A DNA stretch of 64,000 bases, from the NCBI RefSeq assembly GCF_009834535.1, contig NC_045697.1:30072001-30136000 (forward strand), in the 5' to 3' direction. Under the pieces are notes generated by a model, which did not search any database, was not told the origin of the DNA, and saw only the letters and a list, made by a program, of their open reading frames with translations. This DNA comes from Camelus ferus (lineage: Eukaryota). The translations under genes and the position numbers were made by a program. Numbering within the stretch: position 1 is the stretch's first letter; every line of letters begins with the position of its first letter. Positions 51,416-63,109 of the stretch are shown here, piece by piece.

Positions 51416-52922
51416 CTGAAAATGAGGAGGCCTAGATTCTAGTCCCACATCTCCTGTTAATAAGTAGGTGAGCTAACCACTTGTGGCTGATTTGTTATAA
51501 AATGTACAGGTTGGACTATATCAGCATTTCCTTTTTTTTCACTCAGGACATGTTTGAAATTAATATAATTTTTATAATTAAATAATATAATTTTTGAAGC
51601 CAAACCCTCTAGCTCTGAATAAAAAGCATTTATTTCTCTTTGTAACTCTAATGTGCTTTTTTTTTCCTTCTTCAATTTTGTCTTGTTTCTTGTTGATAGC
51701 CCCCTCAGCTATAAAGTAAACTAAAAAGGGTTTAAAATAATTCCTACTCTACTATTATCTAAGAGAAAGTGAATGAAGTTGACCGCAAATTCTTAATGTA
51801 ATAATGTTGGTAGTCACTGGAAAGCAAAACTTATCAGGGACAGAACGCAACATGGTGACTTAATTAAACTCAATTTATCAACATTCTCATTGTAAAATTC
51901 ACGTAGACAATGTATATCCTAAAGGACTGTTTTGAGACTCAAGGTAGATACTTTAAAATTATCACGGTAATACAAAGATAATATGTTCCAACACCACGGT
52001 TTATTCTCAGAAACTTTACCTGAACTCAAAATAATCAAGGTGGCAGAGTCTTTGCAGATTCTCAACAGATGGGGGACTTGTGTTCTTGTCTGTCAAGGCC
52101 TTTGTTCTCTCTTGTCATTCACTCCCTGGAGCTGACCTGACGCTCTGAGGTACATCCCCTCTGGGATTGATCCCCTACCCTTCTGATGCAGGTACAGCTT
52201 GTAACCATCATTTGGATGAAGCCTCCCTCTGCCCAGGGTGACTTAGAGCATGAGTCTGGGGCTGGCCCTCTTCTCCTAGGCTGGGTCATGATCCCCCCGT
52301 GAGAGGCTGGCGTGAAGCCACCCCCACTGCCGCCGCCTCTGGTCCAGCCAGGACAGTGTATCTCAGTCTCCTTCTGCACCAGGCTGGCTTGGCTGAAAGG
52401 AGTGCCACGCCCAGTGGCTGTCTTACTCTAGGGGTCACTGCCCTAACGTGGAAGCTTAAGGCAGAATGGCTACTCCCCCGTCATTGTGGTCTGGTAGAAC
52501 TCACCGGCAGTGCTGAAAAGCATTTGAAGAGTATTCAGAGACAAGTTTCAATATATAATTCCTGGGCCATGTGTTTACTTAAAACCACCAGGATTTAGTC
52601 TGTTTAAAATGGCTCTTCCATTTTGATTGAGAGCTGCTGTGCACAGGCTTTGGCATCAACCCGATACCGTTACCAACTTCACAACCTTGGACAAGTGAGC
52701 TAAACTGTCTGAACTTCCCCTGTAAATGCCAGGAGTGAGGATGAAATGCTAAAAGTATGTCGTTGCTGGAAGTCACCTCAGTGCAGCAGGTAACGCACAC
52801 ACGCTCAACACGTGTGGAGGCTGCAGAAGTGATTGTTGTGCTGTTCGTGTGAACAGTAACTAAGCATCACAGAGAAACAGTCCCTTGTGCACCTTACAAC
52901 TTCTGTCCTTTCTACCCTGCAG

Positions 52923-53025
52923 TGTGGAATCTGTAAAGGACAGCTCGGAGATGCAGTGAGCGGGACGGATGTTAGGATTCGAAACGGTCTTCTAAACTGT
53001 AATGACTGCTACATGCGCTCCAGAA
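52923..53025 (+). CDS. LIMCH1: LIMCH1 exon, LIM domain second half, [34 protein letters not shown]
   Basis: Acceptor ccctgcag and donor A|gtaagt; C-x2-C-x21-C-x2-C ligands complete the LIM domain. Confidence 0.96.
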
Positions 53026-53725
53026 GTAAGTCCCGGGGGGAAATACCTTGAGACGAGTGAGCGCAAGCATCTGTCTTTCGTAGGCCCCCATTCAGGAATT
53101 CATTCATTCATCCTCGTCAGTTGACACTCCCACACGGAAGGAAAGGTTTCTTAGCACGCAGGTAAAAGAAATGGTAATGAAATAACCCCTTATTTAACAC
53201 TTGCTTCTTACTGGAAGTACTGCTGCCATGTGGCCAAATTCTTTTTATCCAGAAGTGCATTAATACACCAGCAGGTAAAAATATAGACCAAGTTTGAGAC
53301 ACTCCTGAGCTCACCATAGAGACTTCAGTGAGAGACAGAGATGATATTAGGTCTGCGAACCCCTATTCATTTGTTGAGGCGTCTCTGTAGAAGACCAGCA
53401 GCGTTTGAGGGGTGGGTCAGGTGCCGAGAATGGCGCTCCACTGTTCTTCAGATCCAGCACCAGCTCCTCAGTATCTACATGCCTACATTCAAGAGTCTCA
53501 TGACATAACATGGGCTTGTTCCCGACTAAATTGAAAGCTCTTTGAGAGACAGAATGGTGGGTTCTACTTCTCTGTGAATCCCTGCGCTCCTCCAAAATAC
53601 CTTAGTACATACTAACCAGAGCTTAACAGATGCGTGCTTCCTGGAAGCTCCCTTGAGCAGCCTGCCCTCCCATCTTTATGACTTGAGTCTCCTACTTTAG
53701 AAAGTTCATGTTATTTTGGGGGAGT

Positions 53726-53741
53726 CCACCAGGGGGTGCTG
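53726..53741 (+). promoter_or_regulatory. CTCF core motif candidate
   Basis: CCACCAGGGGGTGCTG on the + strand. Confidence 0.5.
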
Positions 53742-53819
53742 TTGCTCAGCTGCTGTTTAGAAAATCTGAAACAGGCCAGTGGCTAGCCTCTGAATCCTTA
53801 TTATATCATAGTGTTAATA

Positions 53820-53990
53820 TTAACTTCTATACTATGTATTATACATATAAAATATGGGATAAATAATATACCATATATACACCATAAATACATGTACATA
53901 CATACACAAATACATATATAATATATAATATATTACATTATATAATATTATGTGTATAATATAATAATTATATTTTATTTAAATTATATC
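53820..53990. repeat. AT-rich degenerate (TA)n low-complexity tract
   Basis: Directly visible. Confidence 0.75.
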
Positions 53991-54849
53991 TGTATTTGTT
54001 TGTTTCATTTTTATACATTAGAAAAGAAAATTAAATCCTTTTATCCCTGAATTCAAAGTGATTTTTTCCTATCATCTTCTATAAATTAGAAATTTTTCAC
54101 AACCTCATTAACCTGCTGAATGTGAGTCATGGAACCAGAAGAGGGTGCTGTTGGGATGAAGGACTGTTGAGCCAGATTTGAAAAGTGCTGTAAATATGAA
54201 TTTATTTCATAATTATTTTCATAATTTCAAGTGCTTGAAGGATGCCAGCAGAGAACAGACCTGAACCCACCTCTGGATGCCAGTGACTTGTTTTTCATCC
54301 AGATTTTTATTTTAATTGAGAATTTGGGTGTTTTGTTATCATATCTTTTGAAAGTTAGCATTTTGGATCTAGGCCAGCAGCTTTTCTCTTGGTGTATACA
54401 GATATAAAGGGCATTAACTGCTTTGATTCCAAATCTAAAGACAAGAACTGTGGAGTTCCTGTAACTGTCCTGTAAGATGAAAAGTAACATGCTTGGAGAT
54501 AGACCAAAGATATGATTTTTCTTTATTTAATATTTTTTATGCAATATTTTACTACGATGTTGCTTAGAATACTAAGGTACTAAGAAGAAAGCAAAAAGGC
54601 TCATTATTTCTCTGCCTAGATAACCAATATTGATATTCAAAAGAATAAATAACTAGAAGTTATAAATGATATAAAGCTAGAAAAATTGGATTGTTTAGAA
54701 AGATAACAAATTAAAAGTGAAAATCTCCCAAGTTGACCATGTAATCATTTTCTAATAATAGTTTCTTGGGAAGAAGAAGGTATGTTTGTATATGTACACA
54801 CACACACACACACACGCATATGTGTGTGACACATCTACCTGCATATATG

Positions 54850-56090
54850 TTGGGTTTTATTTCACAGAGGTAGTGACATAGCCACAGTGGTACTTAGTTT
54901 TTGTCACTGTTGTCTTTAACTTAATGATATATCTTGGAAGTTTTTCCATATAGCATGTTCTTTCTCCTCATTTTCTTTAATGGCTTTTCAATCACTGCAG
55001 ACAGTCCCATTGTGTGAACTTACCATAATTTAAAACTAATTCTTTATGAATGAGCACTTCAGTTTTTTCCAGTTTTTCTAATATTATTTTTTAAATGCTC
55101 CAGTGAACATCCTTATATGTAAGTCTTGATGAACATTTGAAAGTATTTCCACAGAGTAGATTCTGAGCAGTGGGACTGCTGAGTTGAAAGGCATGTGCTT
55201 CTTAAATTTTCAGGCAACTTGCCTAATTATCATCCAGAAAAGTGCACGCTCTCTGCAAAGTACATGAGAGCCTCTTTCTCTCTCCATGCCAACGTCAGCT
55301 CTGGATGTCATCAGACTTTTAAAATTTCCATTCTGCTAGGCAGGAAAAGAAAACTAATGCTTTGATCCTTGGTCTTTAATTATAAGTGAGTTTAAACATC
55401 TTTTCATATATTTGTTTATCATTTATATTTCTTTTTCTATTAAAAATTTTTTATTTCTTTATCCTTTGCCCATTATTCTATTGGCAGTCGATTTTTATGA
55501 GTTCTTTGTAAATTAAGGCAAATTTCCCTTCATTTTATATTTGCTACTTTTTGTGGTTATCATTGGTCTTTCCGCTTTGTGATTTTTTTCTTTTTTCACA
55601 GAAAAGATTTTCATTTTAGGTAATTAAACATACCTTTTTTTCCTTTTTGCGTTCTGGGTTTTGTGACCTACTTAGAAAAACTCTCACTACTCCAAGGGTA
55701 TAAATAAATTTAGCTGAGATTTCTCCTAGAATTGTTTCTGTTTCCTTTTTGGCGTTAAACACCTGATCATGGGGAATGTACTGTGGTTGGGGTTCATTTT
55801 TTTCCAGTTAGCCAGTGGTGTGACTATAACTTAATGAATAATTCTTTTTTTCCTATTAATTTGAAATGCCAGCTTTCTCGTAAACCAAGTTCCCATATAT
55901 ATTTGGGTCTATTTCTGGATATTGTATTATGTTTTATTAACCTATTTATTCTCTAATATCAGCTTTATTATAGCTTCATAATATGTTTTAATAGTGAGCA
56001 ATAATGGCCACCTTCTCTCTGATTATTTTTTCCAAATTTTCCTAATTCTTTTCTCCTATTTGTTTTTCCAAATAAATGTTAGTATCATTT
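54850..56090 (-). mobile_element. Old L1ME-like fragment
   Basis: T-rich, with cagtgaacatccttata...gtagattctgagcagtgggactgctgagttgaaagg and tttgggtctatttctgga. Confidence 0.65.
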
Positions 56091-56839
56091 TAAGCTAAAC
56101 TTTAAGTAAGTCAACAATTGACAGGGAGAATGACCAACACATCTGATAGTGTTGCTCATTTCTTCCTTGGTGTCGGAAGGAAGAAACTATACCTTCAGAG
56201 GGAAGAGGTGGAGAGAATGAAAATTGGCTAAAGAAGTATAAATACACTCAAACTAGTTGAATGGACCCAAATGTAATAAGAGAGTCGAATGGGGAAAATG
56301 GCTAAAAATAATTTTTTTCTTTTTTTAATTTGATTTTGACCTGAGTTGAGAAGAGGGGAAATGGATAGATATGAGAGGTGGTTGACATCATAGGCATTCT
56401 AAGTGAAATAAAATAATTTCATCTTGTGGAATAATAAAACCTGAATATATAATCCTGTTTTCTTCAAGTAACTAGTCACATTTAAATGAAATTTTTCTCT
56501 TGGAGGGGAAAAATAGCATAACAACATATTAAAATGCAATTCCTAAAAGCAATGTAAACAGTTTTTAAGTTGGTATGTAAATGGGAATAGAAGTGCAAAA
56601 CAAATTACCTGTCACGAATCAAGCCGTCACATGTTTAACTTGTGCCATTTGTGCTTGGGTGTTGGATGACTGTGTCTTTGTGTCTTTTCCATCATTCACT
56701 CTCATGAAATGCATTTAATGCAAAATCCCGGGGGTCTTTTCCAGTGTTGCGATTACATCACAACTCTAGTACCTACATCAAGGAGAAATGCTATGAAGGT
56801 TTCCACAGGAAATATGGAACCCAAACCATCCTTCCTAGA

Positions 56840-57070
56840 GAGGGTTGCCACATAAAATGCAAGATGCTCAGTTAAATGTTTTTGAATTTCAGATAAACAA
56901 TGAATTTTTTTAGTACGTGTATGTCCCAAATGCTGCATGCTCAGGATTTAGTACAAGTATATCCCAAATATCCCATGGGATATACTTACTAAAAAGTGCA
57001 TTTGTTGTTTACCTAAAATTCAAATTTTATTGGGTGTTCTTTATTTTATTTGCTAAATCTAACATTCCTA
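56840..57070. mobile_element. MER53 palindromic hAT MITE with an internal duplication
   Basis: Starts agggttgccacataaaat and contains ttgaatttcagataaacaa, with the complementary arm ttgtttacctaaaattcaaa. Confidence 0.8.
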
Positions 57071-57224
57071 TTTCTGGATCATATATCAGCTTCCTCTTGT
57101 TGCAATGTATTTATTCTTAGAGAAACCAAAACCTAAAGAAACTGAGAGAAGAGAGATTATTTTCTTGCTTATTTGCCCCAGAAGACATGGTAGGAAACTT
57201 GATGGAGATCATTTGGTTGAGGAT

Positions 57225-57360
57225 GAAATCCAGAGGATTTCAACCAAACTCTGCTGGGCTCCATGTTCAGTTCTGGGATGGGGCTCAAGAGTCTGCACTT
57301 CTTACTCACGCCAGGTAACGCCAGAGCTGCTCATACCTGGACCACACGTTGAGTAGCAGT
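57225..57360. mobile_element. MER5A-like remnant
   Basis: tctgggatggggctcaagagtctgcactt...ggaccacacgttgagtagcagtg. Confidence 0.6.
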
Positions 57361-57494
57361 GAGGGGACAAGTTTCCCCTGCCTAGAGGCAAGAGACTTTG
57401 GCAAAGGCCATTGCTAATTTCAGAAATGTTTCAACATCTGAAGCAAGAATGGTTGGCTATCTTAACTAAATGTTGCTGTTTTTCTCTGTCCCAG

Positions 57495-57520
57495 GTGCTG
57501 GCCAGCCCACAACATTGTGA
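57495..57520 (+). CDS. LIMCH1: LIMCH1 terminal coding segment, (S)AGQPTTL-stop
   Basis: Acceptor tctgtcccag ending at 57494 and TGA at 57518-57520. Matches the recalled LIMCH1 C-terminus SAGQPTTL. Confidence 0.93.
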
Positions 57521-58134
57521 TGTGGTTTTCAAGCTTCCAGATCTCTCACCATTTCCTTGCTGAGGGTGTCCAAACGTTTAACAAAACCCCAAGTTCAGGG
57601 GCTTCTCAGCATTCATCTAATTTCTGAAAGGCTATTCTGAAAGATGGTATCTGGTTTTCTGGGTTTTTTTTTTTTTTATATAGCACAGTGTGTTTTTCCT
57701 GGTTTCCTTTTTTCTTTTTTTTTTTTTTTGGCATTTGCACAGTATATACAAAAGAATATTGAATTGTAATGATCCTGAATAGTTCAAAAACAGGTCTTAG
57801 CGTGGTCAAACAGGCCTACAGTTTAAAATGTGTTATTCTCCTCTTTGGGAATTAATGAGATAAATGATGCAATAAACTTTTTTTTTTTTTTAGCATTTCT
57901 AGGAATTAAACCCTATGTTTACAGAATTGAGCTGCAGAAAGTGCAAAACATGCCAATTTGAGACATGCAGTCTTCTGAGACAGGAGCATACAGTTAATGC
58001 ATTTTAGAAACTAAAAATCACATCATATAGCTCTGAGCTGTAACTTGTTTTTAATGCAAGGATGCTAGTCTGATAATATATACTGTAATCCTGAGACGTT
58101 TGTGTTACTTACCTTTTGAGGTAGAAGTCATACC

Positions 58135-58140
58135 AATAAA
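58135..58140 (+). terminator. Candidate proximal polyadenylation signal AATAAA
   Basis: AATAAA with upstream TGTA (58084) and GT-rich ttgtgtgtactttg about 25-35 nt downstream. Confidence 0.5.
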
Positions 58141-60373
58141 TTATTGCACCGCTAGTATTAGATTGTGTGTACTTTGGAAGTTAGGCCATTAATTTAGGCT
58201 GGCCCATCAAATAAAGAGAACCCTTGCAATATTGGCTTGGCTTACACTCTGGGACATTGCCCGAGGGTAGGAAGAAATCAGAGGGACATAACTCAGTCAT
58301 CATTTCCAAAGTTATTACCAAAATCTGTGAGGAAGTTTAATCTTCCAGAGAGTGGTGGGTCCATGCTAGCTAAGAGGGCTTTATTGCATGCTTCTCTGCC
58401 GGCTCTGGATTCAATAAGAGGCTCAGTATGAGGCGAATAGAAGTTCTCATCGAGATCAGCCCCTCATTAGGTGTGACCACTGCTCACCCGTGCCTGCAAG
58501 TTCTTCTTGGGGGTCTGAAGCACAAGTGGCTAAGGAAAAGCATTAAGTCCATCCTAACAGAATCCAAATGACATTTGATGTGATAAGCCACTAGTGTGCG
58601 ATCAGCAGGAACCTAGCTTCCACTCTCATGGATACCTGCTCTCCGTCACTCTCCTCCGTCACCACCTCCCTTTACTACCGAGAATTCTGGACCTTGCTCA
58701 TGGAGAAGCTTAGCAAGGAACTCTTGGGAGAGCTGCTTTATTGTTTGCCCTGTGTGATGAGTTTCATCTGGCCCAGAGAGGAATCAAGTTACTAAAAAGC
58801 ATCACGTTTTAGATCTCCAGGCTGTTTTCTTCAAGACTGGGGAAAGGGGAACTATTTATTCTGCCTTAAAATGATGGCAAATAATTGAAGATGACATTTT
58901 GTGAATGTAGACTATGGATATACTCTGAATAGGTTAATGTAGTCATAAAAGAAGATCAAGTAGATGTTTTTTCTGTTATGTAAGCAATAATTTTTTCTGT
59001 GTCTTATTGAGTATGGCTAGCAATTATTTATTTACATGCTAGACGGTTCTCTGCATGCGGGTTCCATGTTAAGTGCAGAAATTTCCTCAGCCACTGGAGA
59101 AACTTTGACCATTTTGTCATTTGGATGAGCTGTTGTTAGATTGAAATTTACACATCATTTCATTAAAAATTGTGCCTTAGAAAATGCAAAGCTGTTGCAC
59201 ATAGTCAGTGATGAATTATGGATGCAGTGCATTGAAGAGAGGTGAAGTCAATTCCAAGTTCTCAAGACTTCTCATAGAGGTGTTCCTTGTTTGACAGGGG
59301 GAAAAAAATACTAAAAAAAGAAAAACTGAAAAAAATTAAAAAGAAAAACGTTTTGAAAATGTACAAAGTCCCATATTTTGATTAACCACCTGCATGTTTT
59401 ATTAAATATTTTGATAATGTGGACGTTTACACTTCGCATGACATTAGCAGAGTACATTACCGCAAATACTGCACAAAACATGTACAATATGATCGTTCAT
59501 CACCGATTTTTATAGAACACTTTTTACATGTGGAATTCCATCCGTTATGGAAGGATTATATGAATATTGCACATTCTCTTCTAGTTTCACAAACCCATTT
59601 ATACATATTTCTTAGTGAGACTCATTGTACATGTATTGAAGCTAGAATCAAGTCAAGAAAAATAAAGCCCCGTTCTCCAGCTGCGAAATGTGCTTTCCCA
59701 TAATGAACAATAGTCACCAGCACAGAATAATCTCCAACATTTTCTAAATTCTAATTGCCAACTGTTTCTATTTATATTTGATTTATATTTCATTTGGAGT
59801 CTGTTACATGGCAGCTTGGGCAGACTAGATCTTGTTTTTTCCAATGCAGCATAATGAGTATGATCTATTTCTTTTCAAACAATCTTTGAGATCCCAGGAA
59901 AAAAAAGATGCTCTACTCTGTTGAGCTACAGTGTAAATGTGTTTGTTTAAGAAACAGATGAGGCAAGTGAGTGATTTATGGTTCCTGAGGAAGTGTATCT
60001 TTTTTTTTCTTCTTATACTTCAAAAGCTAGCCCCTTCTCTTCCTTAAGGAAAAAGAAAAATGGGCAACTCTTTGTTTTTCACTAGCAAACTTTCATGACA
60101 TTTCTTCCTTCTTTCTATGTAGTGGTATTAATGCAATACGTATTATAGTTATCTATACTCAGTGTAAGACTTAACAAGCTGAAATGATCCACCTCATATG
60201 TGAGTCCGTCCAAAAGATGTTACTGTTCTGGGTGGGCCAATGTTCTATATCAGTTACACTAACCTTCATTTAAAATATTTATTCTAAAATGCCTCTAAGA
60301 AATAGTAAAAAAAAAAATAAAAACAAAAAGTTGTCTAAAATGCAACAGCTTTTATAGTAAATGTACATTTATA

Positions 60374-60379
60374 AATAAA
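60374..60379 (+). terminator. Distal polyadenylation signal AATAAA
   Basis: AATAAA with TGTA at 60362-60365 and downstream ttgtatttcattgatttttt. Confidence 0.7.
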
Positions 60380-63109
60380 ATACTCAAATCAACTTTGTAT
60401 TTCATTGATTTTTTTTTTTTTTGAGGGGTGGGGGTTGGTTTTCTTACTTAGGGAAGAGAGATTCAAGCTCTCTTGCAGCTTTTGGTCCAGAATGACATAG
60501 TCAGATGATGGCAATGATGTGTATTTGCATACTCAGATTGATGCATTTTTGAGGTCAACTACTTAAGGCAAATCAAACTTACCAGCTGATCATAGGAGTT
60601 GCTAAGGAATTGCCTTCCACTGAAGAACTGAAATTCCTTGAGATGAAACACAATAACCAGGCGAGACCGTGCCAGTGGAAATTGTCTAAAACAGCCCAAT
60701 GATGGTTAACGTCCAGTACTGGCTAAAAAAAACAAGTCAAACTCTTTAAAGTCACTGTATTCTCCCACTTTCCCAGCACTGCCCCAGTGCTCCCTCTCAC
60801 TGTTTACGTACAGTCTGTCCACTGAGAACTTTTTTCTCCATTGTTGAACCAGGGAATATGCTTTGAAACAGTGGCATCCTGCTGATACTGTTAACTTCCC
60901 AAAATACACTTTCCCCAAATGTGTAGGTGGTGTTAACAGCAATCAAATTCCTTAAAAGTTCCTATTGTTTTCAAGTGCAATATTCTAATTGCCACTGCAC
61001 GTTGTATTCTGCTGCTTTTTGCAAAGTTTGGCAGGCAGTTAGTAGTTGCTGTTTCCATAGGAAAGTGAATTCTTTGCCTATCATAAGAGAGTTTTAGCAG
61101 CTATAGGAATAGCTGGATATCTCCATTGTTATTTAAATGAAAGTTTATTCAACTACAATGCATTTTAAAACAAAGGAAAGATTGTTATTCTAACGTGATC
61201 TATGAATGTCTATTAAAAGAAAAATAGTTTACCTCAGATAATGTTGAACTAGCTTTCTTTCCATTGACTTTAAAACCTAAGGACTCCTTTTGAGGGTCCT
61301 AAAGTCAGGGGTTATGAAGTCAAAGGACTGGAGGGACTAGTTAGACACTGTCTGTGAGAACCAGGAGAGGGTATTAGGGGTGTAGACTATGGCAACCCTG
61401 ACAAAGAACAGTTCTGTCTGAAGGAGGGGGCAGCTACTTGGCTCTAACCAGTTGTTTCCATATGAAATTTCCAGCTTTTTAAATTTTGACAATTCAAGCA
61501 TTTTCCGACACAATACCAACCAAAATTGTGAGGCTCCATAAAATATATCCCCAAGTCTAACTTGGTTCTCAGGCTGCCAGTCCACAACGTGCAGCTAAGT
61601 CTTCTCTTTGCTTTTCTATCAGCAGCTACTAACGCCCTGCTGTGAGTCATTTCATTTGACAAGTACATCAAGATTTGCCAACCAAATTTTTGCTTTTGGA
61701 GTGTCTTGGGTCATTCAGTGAAAGAAGCTACTAGAGCCATTGATTAGCAGATGGTACTGCTACAATTCACAGCACCGTATTTTTTGTGTATTGTCATCGA
61801 AGATGGCTATTTCACAAGCAGCCAGGTTCAGCATTTGGCAGAACCATGCCCTTCCCCTTAATGGTTTCCTTCTCTTTTTCTGAATGACTCAAAAGGACAG
61901 AAAAATGTGCAAATAAATATACAGAATAGAATTTTTTTCTTAATTGGTTTAGCACCATTTTATCAAATGTACTTTTGCAAGCATTATCTGATTTATTAAA
62001 AAACATTTCTGGCATGTGAGAAGACAAACGTCTGCCTCCTCATCTTATAAATGAGAAACAGAGATACAAAAGGAATAAGTGACTTATTCTGGATGGTATA
62101 AGATTTGACAAAATTGTGTCTGTCACCAGCTGTCCCCGGTCAGGGGTGATTAGGTTAACCTCCTATTCAGCTGTGCCTCTCTCATGTCTGGGCCCTCACA
62201 TGAGACCAACTAGGAGGACCCCCGAGCACAGCTGGACTGCCCAGGATTTAATCTGCACTCAGAGACTAGAACATTCTCTCTATCGTAAATTTACACTTAT
62301 AAGATACTCAAATAGACTTAGGATCCCATTTTACCCCTAGGGGTTTGACTTCTTATTCTGGGATGAAAACATAGAGCTGTCTCTTGTGGCATGACCTTGG
62401 ACACTTTGGTGTTTGCTGAAGAGGAGGTTGAGGAGTTGCGCCACGCCACCCACACCTACGGCCGGAGCCCCGCTGACCTCTCCCCCGACACACAGCGCCT
62501 CTGAAGCCTCCCTCCCCACCCCCAGGCTGGGCTCCAGAATGCGGGAAAACTAGCCCTCCCTGTTAGGTAATAACGCTTGTCCAGCCCAACTTTTACGTTG
62601 TGAAACTGGCCCTCCACTTTCTCAAACTCAACAACCAAGGCCTGAACAGGCCTCCATCTAACCATTGTGATGGGGAGACGACACCGAGGCGCCATCATAA
62701 TTGATTCCTGTATCACAGTATCATTTCAGCACAACTTCCATCAAGGCGTTCGATTTTTCCAGCAGGAAGAACGACATTGCCCATGAAAGCCTTGAAAGCC
62801 TGTTTTCCCTCTGTCCACCGAAGAGACAGAGAGCTACCACAATGGGCCCTGTTAGTTTAGAAGATACCTTGGCTGACAGCGACTGAAGTAGAACTCTCGG
62901 AAGCCCCACGAAATGCTTTGTCAAGCAGGACACGCTCACTGTCAGCGGTACAGCACTAATTACCGTCCCAAGCTCTGATCTTGGAGCATTCAGTTCATCC
63001 CCCCGAGTCCCTGAAAAGTTATAAGGAAAGTACTTTGTTTTCTAACACTTTGAAAATTGAGCAGCTGCGTCTTGTTTACATGATAACACTCTGGGAAACA
63101 AGAGAAATA

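Larger units (their letters stand above)
57521..60395 (+). other. LIMCH1: LIMCH1 3' UTR, about 2.9 kb to the distal poly(A) site
   Basis: AU-rich, repeat-poor sequence after the stop codon, ending at an AATAAA with upstream TGTA and a downstream T/GT-rich tract. The end point is inferred. Confidence 0.7.

Noticed and set aside
57518..57526. Stop-codon readthrough
   Set aside because: The context is TGA TGT, not the TGA CTAG readthrough motif.
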